Shown one piece after another: positions 11,499-21,005 of a stretch of 64,000 nt of DNA. Source of the DNA: an uncultured Fibrobacterota bacterium (GTDB lineage: Bacteria > Fibrobacterota > Chitinivibrionia > Chitinivibrionales > FEN-1185); the NCBI GenBank assembly GCA_963753345.1, contig CAVWBU010000024.1, positions 224,001-288,000 on the forward strand, written 5' to 3'. The notes under the pieces are model-generated. The model had not been told where the DNA came from. It saw only the letters and a program-made list of their open reading frames with translations, and did not search any database. The first letter of the stretch is position 1. Every line of letters begins with the position of its first letter. The position numbers and the translations under genes are program-made.

Positions 11499-12603
11499 CC
11501 GGTCCGCCCGAAAGCCGCGCTGCCGTCTCCGGCATCGTCTCCCTCATATACCCCACCATCTTCTCCCACACCTTTGCGTACGAATGGTTTTCCTGTACCC
11601 ACTGCCGCCCGCGCTTTCCCGCCGCGGTCCGGTATTCCTCATCGTCAATCAGCCTGAGCAGCACGTCGTGCAGGGTCTCGCGGTTCGCAAGGACAAAGGG
11701 ATGGTCGGTGAGAAATGAGGCGTATTCCGGGGTGAACTCGGTGACCGTGGGGATGTTCATGGCGAGCGTTTCGAGGGAATTGACGCCGTAGCCGGTGCCG
11801 CCGAAGTTTCCGATTTGTTCAATGGCAATGTGCGAGCGCGCCTTCTCCGCGATGACGGCGCTGCGGCTCGCGCCCGTGACCATTGCGTATTCGATAGTGC
11901 GCTCCCTTGATAATTGCGCAAGCACCGGCTCGATCAGGTGCGTTCCCTTTGCCGCCGGATTCGACGGCGTGTGGATGATGCGGATTTTCCTGCCGACCTT
12001 CGCGGCGTCCGGCAGCGGGGAACAGTCAAAGGGAATCGCCAGGTAATTCAATTTCGGGTGCAGGGCGAGCAGGTCGAATTCGCTGGTGAGATTGAGGCCG
12101 CTCGCCTCGTCCACCGCCTCCACGATGCCGCGGCCGCGCAGGTCGGGACCGTGATAGTGGCATACGATGGGCCTGCCCATTGCACTGAGTTTTTTCACCC
12201 AGCGCGAATCGCGGAAAAAATCGATGCCGCCGTGGAAATGGTAGATGTCGAACCCGTACAGATCGTACTTCTTTGCAAGGCGGGAAAACTCCACGGCCCG
12301 CCACTCGTCGCGCAGGGCGAGACAGGCTGCCTCGACAGGATTAGCCGGTTTGTATTCGTGCACGCCGCCGCAAGAGGCTTTCTGCACGATGCTTCGCTCT
12401 GCCTGCGCCTCGCGTCTCGCCCGCAACGCGTGCAGCCAGCGCGGATCAAACAGCCGCTTGTTAAGGCAAATATCTTCGGGAATGTTGCCCCGGTGCTTGT
12501 AGAGGGTAAGGAGCCGGCCCTGGTGACCCATTGCCTCGTACACTTTGCAGAAAGTCAGCGGAACGTTGACCGTGTTGAAATAGGAGAAATGAAGGCTTTT
12601 CAC
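11488..12603 (-). CDS. Glycosyltransferase (GT-B fold)
   Basis: HYHGPDLRG, IIHTPSN...KGT, GYGVNSLETLAMNIP and a GRQWVQENHS C-terminal pattern. Confidence 0.75.
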   Translation of the reverse strand: MKSLHFSYFNTVNVPLTFCKVYEAMGHQGRLLTLYKHRGNIPEDICLNKRLFDPRWLHALRARREAQAERSIVQKASCGGVHEYKPANPVEAACLALRDEWRAVEFSRLAKKYDLYGFDIYHFHGGIDFFRDSRWVKKLSAMGRPIVCHYHGPDLRGRGIVEAVDEASGLNLTSEFDLLALHPKLNYLAIPFDCSPLPDAAKVGRKIRIIHTPSNPAAKGTHLIEPVLAQLSRERTIEYAMVTGASRSAVIAEKARSHIAIEQIGNFGGTGYGVNSLETLAMNIPTVTEFTPEYASFLTDHPFVLANRETLHDVLLRLIDDEEYRTAAGKRGRQWVQENHSYAKVWEKMVGYMRETMPETAARLSGGPVTE

Positions 12604-13769
12604 GCTGCGGGCCCCTCCATCGCTTCTTTTATGAAATCAAGATACACCTTCTTCTCGTTTTCCCAGCAGAACTTTTCCGCGGCCGCGAGGCAGTTTTTCT
12701 TGTACGCGGCAAGGTCCGGAAACACGGCAAGGAATCCGGCAAGGGCTTCGCGGATGCTTTCCACGCTCGACGGCGACACCACCCAGCCGAGCTTCCACTG
12801 GCGAACGATCCGCGAGATTTCCGGCCCGTCGCTGGCGATCACGGGGATCCCTGCGTTGACATAATCAAACAGCTTGCTGGGGAGCGTGATCGTCATGTTG
12901 AGGCCGCGGGTCTCATGGATCACCTGGCCAAGATCAGCGTCTTTGAGGTAGTGCGCGAACTCGTCGCTTTTCACCGGATCAAGTAAATGCACCCTGGACG
13001 GAAGCCCGAGCCTCGCGGCCTCTGCCGCGAGATGCTCCCGGTAACCGCCCGCTCCAACGAGCACGAAATGCAGGGAGGGCAGCGGCTCCATGGCGCGCAG
13101 GAGCGGAAGGAGTCCCCGGTTCTCAGCGATCTCTCCTTTGTAAATTACCAGCGGCGTGCCCGCCCCTATGCCGAGGCGCCTGCGAAGCCGGCCGTCCGGC
13201 GCCGCCGCGTAGTCGCTTCTGTTCGGCACGTTGAGGATGGTTGCGGTGCGGGAAAGCGAAAAATCCCTCGCAAGGAGCCGCTCGGTGGTGTTGCACACTG
13301 CCGCGACATTGCGCGCGCGGGCAATGCCCGCGCGTTCGAGCAGATGCCACACGCGGCGCATCACGGGCTTTGCCGCGAGCTGATCCACGCCCTGGAAATA
13401 TTCGAGCGAGAAGTAATTGTACCGCGTCCGGTGGCATGCGGCGGCAATCCTGGCCGGCAGGAGCGCGGGCGGGTCAACCGCTTCGTACAGCCGCGCCTTG
13501 AGGCGGAGCAGCACGAAAATGAGAGAAAAGAAATAGCGGATAAAAAAGAGCTTCCCGCGTATGGATGAAGCCCGGATGGTGATTGGAAACGTGTCTATCC
13601 AGGGCCATGCGGGATCTCCCTGGCCGCGCCTGCTCTCCCATGAAACAAGCGCGACCCTGTATCCTTTTTCGGCGAGCGCGGATGCCTGTCTGTGGAAAAA
13701 AGGATAATACCGAGCGTCGGCGAGATGCACGATGCAGACGTCGTAAGGAGCGCGCGGGATCGGTTTCAT
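12600..13769 (-). CDS. Glycosyltransferase family 4
   Basis: YKGEIAENRG, LPSKLFDYVNAGIPVIASD, FCWENE. An ATGA overlap couples it to the next GT. Confidence 0.88.
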   Translation of the reverse strand: MKPIPRAPYDVCIVHLADARYYPFFHRQASALAEKGYRVALVSWESRRGQGDPAWPWIDTFPITIRASSIRGKLFFIRYFFSLIFVLLRLKARLYEAVDPPALLPARIAAACHRTRYNYFSLEYFQGVDQLAAKPVMRRVWHLLERAGIARARNVAAVCNTTERLLARDFSLSRTATILNVPNRSDYAAAPDGRLRRRLGIGAGTPLVIYKGEIAENRGLLPLLRAMEPLPSLHFVLVGAGGYREHLAAEAARLGLPSRVHLLDPVKSDEFAHYLKDADLGQVIHETRGLNMTITLPSKLFDYVNAGIPVIASDGPEISRIVRQWKLGWVVSPSSVESIREALAGFLAVFPDLAAYKKNCLAAAEKFCWENEKKVYLDFIKEAMEGPAA

Positions 13770-13773
13770 AGGT

Positions 13774-14976
13774 TCACCTGCGCGACAGGAGTGAGCGGTA
13801 CACGGCATCTATTCCCGCAAAATGCCCGCTCGGGGAGAATGCCTCGGCCACATGTGCGCGGGCGGCGGCGCCGAGCCTTTTCCTGAGGCCATCGTCGGAT
13901 GCAAGCCGCATCACCCGGTCCGCCGCACCGGCAACATCGTACTGTTTGACAAGAAACCCGTGTTCGCCGCTCACAAAACATTCGCCCACCCCGCCGGAAT
14001 CAAAGGCAACCACGGGGACGGCCATGGCCATTGCCTCGAGAATCACGCCGCCGAGGCCCTCCTGATAGTTCGGGAGGTGCGCCAGCACCGCGGCATGCGA
14101 CAGCATCGCCGGAATCTCCTCGTGCCGCACCTGCCCGATTACGGTTATCGCATGTTCGACGCCCAGATCCTTCATGAGCTTTTCCATGGCATCAAAGTAG
14201 CGCTCGTGGCCCGGCTCCCTGCCTCCCACAATAACATACTGCAAGCGGCCCGGCGCGGCCTTTTCACAGGCCGCGGCCATGCGGATGAAATGTTCGTGGC
14301 CCTTGACACGAAGGAATTTCCCGATGGTGACCACCGCGGGCCTGCCGGCGGCGATACATGCGGGCCGCGGATACTGCCGCGTCGCGTCGAAAAGAAGGGG
14401 GTCGGGGCCCGGGTCATACACGACCGCGGCGCGCCCGGCGCCGAGCCCGCTTTTGCGCAGCACGGCCTGCGAAATGCACACCACTGCATCGGCAAACAGC
14501 GCGCTCCACAAACGGAGCGCGGCCCGCCCCGCAAAGGTCTCGACCGCCCGCCTCACATGGGCCACCACCCGCGCGCCGGAAATCGCCGCGCACGGATAGA
14601 ACGGAGCGTCGATGATGTCGGAAAAATGGACAAGCGCGAATCGCTTCCCCTTCATGAACCGGTACATGCGCCACAGCGCGGCCGGAAGCCCGATAGAGAA
14701 ACGGAAGAACGCCGCACCCCTCCGTGCCGAACGCGCGCGGGAAAACGGGACAATGGATACCGGCACGCCGGCCGCCGAAAGCCTTTCCGCGAATTCACCC
14801 TGTTCCGGAACCACGGCGTGCACCTCGTAGCCCGGGTCCTTCACATACCGCATGATAAGCGCATGCGTGCAGATCGGCATGCCCGTGTCAAAGGATGCCA
14901 CCGACGAGAAGAAACAGATTCTCGTTCTGGAAAGCGTGCCGCCTCCATCGTTCTTCTTTGTTGTGATCTCAGGCAT
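13774..14976 (-). CDS. Glycosyltransferase family 4
   Basis: GKFLRVKGH and an EGLGGVILEAMAMAVPVVAFDSGG (Ex7E) motif. Confidence 0.9.
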   Translation of the reverse strand: MPEITTKKNDGGGTLSRTRICFFSSVASFDTGMPICTHALIMRYVKDPGYEVHAVVPEQGEFAERLSAAGVPVSIVPFSRARSARRGAAFFRFSIGLPAALWRMYRFMKGKRFALVHFSDIIDAPFYPCAAISGARVVAHVRRAVETFAGRAALRLWSALFADAVVCISQAVLRKSGLGAGRAAVVYDPGPDPLLFDATRQYPRPACIAAGRPAVVTIGKFLRVKGHEHFIRMAAACEKAAPGRLQYVIVGGREPGHERYFDAMEKLMKDLGVEHAITVIGQVRHEEIPAMLSHAAVLAHLPNYQEGLGGVILEAMAMAVPVVAFDSGGVGECFVSGEHGFLVKQYDVAGAADRVMRLASDDGLRKRLGAAARAHVAEAFSPSGHFAGIDAVYRSLLSRR

Positions 14977-15123
14977 AAGAACTTTCCATCAGACAAATAT
15001 ACATTTCCGTTCACGGGTTTCGTCCGCGTGCCGTGCCCGCGCACCGCGTCAAGACAAGAAAGGCCGGACCGTTTGCACGGCCCGGCCTGTCACGATGCGC
15101 TTTCTCGGCGCGCATGCTTGCGT

Positions 15124-16029
15124 TCATCTCCCGAAATGGATTTCCTGCGCTTCACTCTCGTTGGCACTGTCGGCATTGCCCGCTGCGGGCGGGGCGACGG
15201 CGTCGGCCCGTGGTGTTGTCGCCGCTACCGCGCCGATGGCCGGCTGGGATGCCGGCGCAGGATTTGCGGTCTGGGGCTGGCCTGCGGCCGCCTGCTCCTC
15301 CGGCGTGAGGATCCTCCTGCGCACAAGCACTTTTCTGCCGTGAAGGACCTCTGTGTTCTCCGGAACAATCGCGAGAGGTTCTTTTTGCACAACGGGCTGG
15401 CTGACGGCAATGCTCGGCGGCGGATTCTGCATCGGTTCCCGCACAGGGGAAACCGGCGCCGCAGGCGCAGGTGCGCTTGCCGGCGGGTTTGCAGCGTATG
15501 GCATCGGCTGATCACTGCGCGGCCTGTCCGCTTCGGGGCCCCTGCTCCTGTCCGCTTCAGGACCTCTGTTTCTGTCCCTAAACTGGCCGCCCTGCGGCCT
15601 GTTGTTTCTGTCCCTTCTCCGGAAATCGTCGTCGCGTCCGCGGTTCGGCCTGCTGTTGTCGGGTCTCCGCTGGGAATTCTGGGGCGGCGCCACAACGTCC
15701 CGCATGTTCTTGCGGGCGTTTTCCTGGTCGCGTTCGGCATTCTTGAGCTTAAGATTTATGTCCCGCAGGGATGTCTCAATGTGATCGACCGGCTGCGGTT
15801 CCGGCCGAACAAACGGCTTCTGCCTCTGATCCATCATTGGCCTCTTGTTGAAACGGTTGTCGTCGCGTCTTTTCCCAAGGTCACGGGTGTCATTGTTCGC
15901 GGGCGAAACCGCTGCGGGTGCGGGCTTTGCAGCCGCTTTTCTGCCGGTAAGAATAAGAATAATCGACACTATCTGAAGAATGATGATAATGGCAGACGCA
16001 ATAATAAGAAGTATTGTTGCTGAATCCAT
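15124..16029 (-). CDS. Hypothetical membrane-anchored protein with coiled coil and long disordered R/D/P-rich region
   Basis: N-terminal TM helix, SLRDINLKLKNAERDQE coil, tandem RGPEADR(S/P) repeat, GGAG RBS. Confidence 0.75.
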   Translation of the reverse strand: MDSATILLIIASAIIIILQIVSIILILTGRKAAAKPAPAAVSPANNDTRDLGKRRDDNRFNKRPMMDQRQKPFVRPEPQPVDHIETSLRDINLKLKNAERDQENARKNMRDVVAPPQNSQRRPDNSRPNRGRDDDFRRRDRNNRPQGGQFRDRNRGPEADRSRGPEADRPRSDQPMPYAANPPASAPAPAAPVSPVREPMQNPPPSIAVSQPVVQKEPLAIVPENTEVLHGRKVLVRRRILTPEEQAAAGQPQTANPAPASQPAIGAVAATTPRADAVAPPAAGNADSANESEAQEIHFGR

Positions 16030-16351
16030 AATGAATAAACTCCATAAGGTTTGATAATAGTTGCATTGCTAATCGCGTTGGTGCATTGTCACTGTTGCTC
16101 GTTCGCTCTTTACAAGCGCATGGTTTTCCGGCGCGCCTTTTGTGCGCGCAACGCATTTTTTGTCGAAAGGTCAAGCAACCCTCCCGCGTTTGCGCGGAAC
16201 ATGGGGTTGCCGTACACGGACACATCGAGCAATCGAACTTTTACTGCCGTGGGCCTCCTTTCTTGTTTTGTCAATAGACGGCGCCGTCTCGGACGCCGCG
16301 TTATCCCGTTTGTCAAACATTAGCGGGGACCGCGCCCGCCGCTTCCGGGTT

Positions 16352-16480
16352 TCAGCAGGACGGCCTCTTGATGAGCACGGTCAACAGGTTGATCTTCTTC
16401 GTCGCCGGGTAAGTTCTGCTCCACAGGAAAACGAGAACGAGGAGGAAGAAAAAGAAGTTGACGATCAGGACGATTTCCAT
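16352..16480 (-). CDS. Possible 42-aa small membrane protein
   Basis: Hand translation: MEIVLIVNFFFFLLVLVFLWSRTYPATKKINLLTVLIKRPSC. It has one strong TM helix, the same strand as its neighbours, and is below the ORF-track length cut-off. Confidence 0.45.
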   Translation of the reverse strand: MEIVLIVNFFFFLLVLVFLWSRTYPATKKINLLTVLIKRPSC

Positions 16481-16596
16481 GGGGTTGTCTAACGGCAGCC
16501 CTCGAATACCCCTTGTTGCGGCTTTACCATATGAAAAGATACGTTCCGGCGCTTGCGGGATGCAAGAAATCCGGAAAAATCACCCGCTCATTCCTC

Positions 16597-19500
16597 TTAC
16601 CGCGGCGGATTTATCGCCAGTTTTTCTATCCCGCTCTTCACCACTTTCTGGTTAAGCTTGTCAACAGCGATCACCTGGTACAGGTACACGCCCGGCGAAA
16701 GTCTGTTGCCGAAATTGTCCCTTCCGTCAAACAACTCGCCACGCCTGGCGTCTTTGAACACCCGCACCAGGCGGCCGGACAGCGTGAACAGTCGTATGGA
16801 GACCACGACCTGGTCCTGATCATTCACCGTCACGGTTTTCGACAGGTCGTAGTAGAAGGAGCTCGACTGCCCCATCGCCATCGGGTTCGGGTAGGTAAAC
16901 ACGTGGTACAGCGCCAGGTCTTCCTGCGCGATAACGTCAAAAGCGACGCTTCGCTTCGCCACATTGCCGAGAAGGTCCTGCGCGGTGATGTTCATGGAAT
17001 AGGAACCCGGCGTCATTGTCCCGGCGTCAAAGGTCCAGCTTGCAGTGCCGCGCCGGTAGTCCCCCTGTCCGAATTGGAACTTGTGATCGATGTTGGTGCG
17101 GGCGACAATGCCGGGAACCTCAAACGTTATTCCCTCGTCCGGTCCGGTGGAAACCGCGTCGATGCCGCTGGAATCGAACAGCATTATTTCGATTGTCAAG
17201 GGGAGCGGCGCCGTTATCTTGTCGGTGAACGAAGCGCCCGTGCTCGACGCGGCGGCCGAGGTCGCGGTCCCGCCCTGATACACCGGCCGGACCGATATCG
17301 CCGGGCCCACGGTATCCGAGATCTTGGTGGAAGAAAACCCGTGGAAAATGAATCCGCTGTTGCTGCCGAGCGCAACGCTGTCGCCGAGCCAGCCGTACCC
17401 GGTGAGCCGGATGCCGGGGGTGTTGAAGGTGACGTTCTTGGGCAGGAGAATATGCTGATTGAGCGTGCCACTCACAATCTGCGTCTGGCCCGCGAAGATC
17501 GGGGCGCCGGGCATTTTGTAGGTGGGGTTGTTCCCTGTGATGGCGGCGCCGCCGTCTTTGCGCGTGGTGACATACGGCGGATTGAACAGGCTCAACTGGA
17601 TTTTTGCATTGCCGCCGGAGCCGAACTGAAGGTCGGCGGTGCCGTTCTTCCTCAGAATTGTTCCCCGCAGGGTCACCTGCTGCAACGCCTTGAGCGTGTC
17701 TTTGAGCACCGTGCCGGAATTGTCGACAATGGTGAACGAAACCCTGCGCGCCGGTCTCAGGAGTTCCATGGAAGGATCGCCCAGATACGAATAGACTTTC
17801 TGGTTGTTGTCGTGGACGGCAGCCTTTGCATAGGCCAGCGCCTGGCCCATGCTCTGGGCACCGGAATCGGTGGTGTCAAAGCAGTAACCGAAAAAATGCT
17901 TTGCCAGGTTGTCGTTGTCGGAAGCATATGCTTCGCGCGTTGCCGATACGGTGGAGATGGCGCCGCTGCTCTGGGCCAGCACCATGTATTCGGCCAGGCA
18001 CCGCACAGTGCCCGGCAGGTCGAATTCGCCCACCGAACACGAAAACGCGGAGAAAAGGGGATACTGGAGGTTGTTCTGCAGATTGGCGATGTCCTCGGCC
18101 ATAAAGATGTGCTCGTCGGCAAGCACGTTGGCGGCGCCGTGGCCGAAATAGTTGACACAAGCAACGCCGTTGTTTATGCCGTCGATGAGCGCCTGTTTTG
18201 CCTCGGGTTTTTCGTGCTGCGCGTTCCACGGGTATTCGAACAGATAGTCCTTCCTCATGTCGATGGCAGGGCACAGACCCTCAACGATAGAATCAACAGC
18301 CTCCGACGACTGCAGATGGTCGGTCCCGAGCGGGTCCGGAACGGCGCCCTGCATGTCGTCGTCGGCGACAAGAAGCATCCTGTTGCGCCAGGCGCCGAAA
18401 TCCGCCTTGGTGAGGTCTTCCATCTGAATGATTTTATTGACCGCCTGCGACGCGTCCTGGGCCGTCTTGCAGGGAATGCGGCCCAGAAAACAGGCCGGCA
18501 CGGCGGACAGAAGGTTGGGGCTGTCGCCCGGGTCCAGATACACAAAAAAATCCTCAATGCACAAGTTGCTGACTTCCGCCACCGGGAGAAAGCTTGTGTC
18601 CTGGGTCGCGATATTCCGGTAATCGTAATGACCATGGCCCATCAGCACCACGTAGTCGAACGCCGTGTGCCATTGGGAAGCCATGTTGGCACGCACATAC
18701 TCAAGGCAGTTGCGCAATGCCGAAGGATCGGTGTTGCCGCCCGAGAACTGGTTGTAAATGTCGGTAATCGATATGGCCATGGGATTGCCGAATCGTCCGA
18801 TGTTTTTCTTGTGCCGCGCAAGTGTCTGCGCCTGAACCATGAAATTGGGATGCGTTACAATGAGATAGTCAATCGAATCGGGGTAAGGGAACGTGCGCAG
18901 GTCCCTTACGGTAAAATTCGACCCGCTCGCGGAAGGCACCGGCGTCATCACCGGGGCATTGCCCACCGCCTGCTGCGTGCACACGTAGTACCGCACGCCG
19001 AGGCCGGCGGTGTCGGTCCACTCGTACGCGCCGCCGCCCCGCACCGTGTCAACCAGCGACATCGAAGCGTCGGCGTTGGCGATTCTCACGATGTAAACAA
19101 GGTCGGCGGGAAGGCCGCTCAGCCGATAGCGCACAATCCCGGAATTATCAGGCGAAAACACGGTCATGGAGGACTGGTTTGTCATGTCGAGCTTCGCCAT
19201 ATATTTGAACTCCACCTGCCTCAGCTCGACAGTGTCCTTGGGGCCGGAGTTTATCAATGATAAAGCGAGACTGCTGCCTGCGGTGTACGAAAAGGGGAAC
19301 CATATGCCACCATATTGGGAGCATTGCGTGCAGACCGGAGAACCGCCGATCGACAGCGCGATGCTCGACGTCCCGATCGAATGGTCGGCAACCACCTGAA
19401 CGCTGCACGCAACCGACGGGTCCGCATGGGGAAGAACCAGATTTTTAATGGAAAACAGCGGCAGGTAATACGTGAGTACGGTCCACGCCCACTCAAGGCC

Positions 19501-20685
19501 GCCGCCGGAGCCCTGATCAAGCGACGGCAACATGGATTTCTTAAGGAGCAGGTGATTCTGAAAGGAAGTGACCGTGTCCTGGACCGGGGCCGACACCGGC
19601 GCGGTTTTGACGAGCGACAGGCCGGGCGTGTCCTTCACCGCAATCCAGTAATGGCGATAATCGTCGTAGTGGTCGATCATGTAAGAGTAGAGATGGGGAT
19701 TCGACGTGGTGTCGAATTTCCAGTCCGATATGCTGCTGACATACGCGAGAAGATAGTCGTTGGCATCAAGCGTATCGTTTTTGTTCACGTCGACCCGGAT
19801 GACGGGAACTTCGCTTACACCGTCCGGAATCTGGTCGGTCTGCGGGGTCTGCGTCGGAAGTTCGCCCTTGTACGACGCGTACAGGGCGACCCGGTCGATT
19901 CGCGGCGAGCTTCCAAGAAGGCGGACGATGTCGCTCCCGCGAATCATGATCATCCCGTTTTCGTTGATCGTTCCTTCGTTGAAACCGCCGGTGCCATCGC
20001 CGATGGTGAACGAAAGCATGGGTTGCGTGATCTTCAAAGGATATGCCTTTACCGCAGCGCGCTTCGCAAGGGGCGCCGCCGCCGCCCACCCCGCCGCCAC
20101 TTGATAATTGAGAAACAGTCTGCGCACCATGCGTGCAAAATCCGAGGTGGCCGGTCTGGTTGCCGGCGCCGTCTGCGCCGCGGGAAATTCGACCGTGATT
20201 TCCGCTTTGTCCAGAATCTGCGCGGTGAGGGCCCCTTTTTGGTAATGTACCGGCCTCAGAATAAACTGCGCGCCCCGCAAAGAACCGAACTGGGCGTACA
20301 GAGGATCGGAAATCCAGAGTCCGGGGAAGCGCAGGCCCGGATATCGCGGACCGGTTTTCGGCGCGCTCCTCACGCGGAGCGGACTGCGGAGCGGCTCGAC
20401 ATGCGAAGACGCCTGGGTCACCTGCACGGAAACCGCGCCCCGCAGCGGCACGCCGAGATGCACCGAAACCGCCGGAACCAGAGGGTCGCCGTCGTCACCC
20501 AAATCCACATTCGCGCCGGAAAAGTCGATGCGCGACGGAATTCCGGCCTTCTGATCTATGCGGAGATTGTCGGTCGTCCATTCAAACGTGAATTTCTGTG
20601 GGGAGTTCTGGATCACCCGGATTGAAGAAAACGACACGCTGACGCATCCGAGACAGAGAAGGAACATAATGGCACGGTTGAACAT
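16597..20685 (-). CDS. PorU-like C25 (gingipain-family) peptidase/sortase with T9SS-like CTD
   Basis: Propeptide-like N-terminus, DYLIVTHPNF, IYNQFSGG, LGRIP, ADDD, catalytic NYFGHG (His) and FSCSVGEFD (Cys), YLGDP, and a C-terminal YPNP...SGRLV...PGVYLY tail. Confidence 0.8.
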   Translation of the reverse strand: MFNRAIMFLLCLGCVSVSFSSIRVIQNSPQKFTFEWTTDNLRIDQKAGIPSRIDFSGANVDLGDDGDPLVPAVSVHLGVPLRGAVSVQVTQASSHVEPLRSPLRVRSAPKTGPRYPGLRFPGLWISDPLYAQFGSLRGAQFILRPVHYQKGALTAQILDKAEITVEFPAAQTAPATRPATSDFARMVRRLFLNYQVAAGWAAAAPLAKRAAVKAYPLKITQPMLSFTIGDGTGGFNEGTINENGMIMIRGSDIVRLLGSSPRIDRVALYASYKGELPTQTPQTDQIPDGVSEVPVIRVDVNKNDTLDANDYLLAYVSSISDWKFDTTSNPHLYSYMIDHYDDYRHYWIAVKDTPGLSLVKTAPVSAPVQDTVTSFQNHLLLKKSMLPSLDQGSGGGLEWAWTVLTYYLPLFSIKNLVLPHADPSVACSVQVVADHSIGTSSIALSIGGSPVCTQCSQYGGIWFPFSYTAGSSLALSLINSGPKDTVELRQVEFKYMAKLDMTNQSSMTVFSPDNSGIVRYRLSGLPADLVYIVRIANADASMSLVDTVRGGGAYEWTDTAGLGVRYYVCTQQAVGNAPVMTPVPSASGSNFTVRDLRTFPYPDSIDYLIVTHPNFMVQAQTLARHKKNIGRFGNPMAISITDIYNQFSGGNTDPSALRNCLEYVRANMASQWHTAFDYVVLMGHGHYDYRNIATQDTSFLPVAEVSNLCIEDFFVYLDPGDSPNLLSAVPACFLGRIPCKTAQDASQAVNKIIQMEDLTKADFGAWRNRMLLVADDDMQGAVPDPLGTDHLQSSEAVDSIVEGLCPAIDMRKDYLFEYPWNAQHEKPEAKQALIDGINNGVACVNYFGHGAANVLADEHIFMAEDIANLQNNLQYPLFSAFSCSVGEFDLPGTVRCLAEYMVLAQSSGAISTVSATREAYASDNDNLAKHFFGYCFDTTDSGAQSMGQALAYAKAAVHDNNQKVYSYLGDPSMELLRPARRVSFTIVDNSGTVLKDTLKALQQVTLRGTILRKNGTADLQFGSGGNAKIQLSLFNPPYVTTRKDGGAAITGNNPTYKMPGAPIFAGQTQIVSGTLNQHILLPKNVTFNTPGIRLTGYGWLGDSVALGSNSGFIFHGFSSTKISDTVGPAISVRPVYQGGTATSAAASSTGASFTDKITAPLPLTIEIMLFDSSGIDAVSTGPDEGITFEVPGIVARTNIDHKFQFGQGDYRRGTASWTFDAGTMTPGSYSMNITAQDLLGNVAKRSVAFDVIAQEDLALYHVFTYPNPMAMGQSSSFYYDLSKTVTVNDQDQVVVSIRLFTLSGRLVRVFKDARRGELFDGRDNFGNRLSPGVYLYQVIAVDKLNQKVVKSGIEKLAINPPR

Positions 20686-21005
20686 CGGATTCTTTTCCTT
20701 TTTTCCGGATCAGCGGGCCTGCGTCAGCACAACACTTTTCAATTCCTGGAAGCGCATGCGCGTGCACTTTTCTCCCTATCGTGAAGAATCGACCTTACGA
20801 TAATACGTTTTAAAATACTATTTAATGTGGGATAATGGAGATTCTCCTGGAGGAAGCGCATCCTTAAATCCGGGAACCGCAGCAACGCCAGGGAAAACTT
20901 GTTCCGCCTTCCTTCATTTTAATCAAGTATACTTCTGTACGACGGCACGTGAACCTTTCTGCCGCACCGTGTCACCGAATTTCCCGCCGGAAAGAACACA
21001 ACCCT

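Noticed and set aside
13822-16023. 733-aa plus-strand ORF
   Set aside because: It is antisense to a GT4 gene and the disordered protein, Arg/Gly-rich, and has no domain signal.
16513-19260. 915-aa plus-strand ORF
   Set aside because: It is an antisense shadow of the PorU-like gene, expected from GC-biased codons, and has no recognisable motifs.
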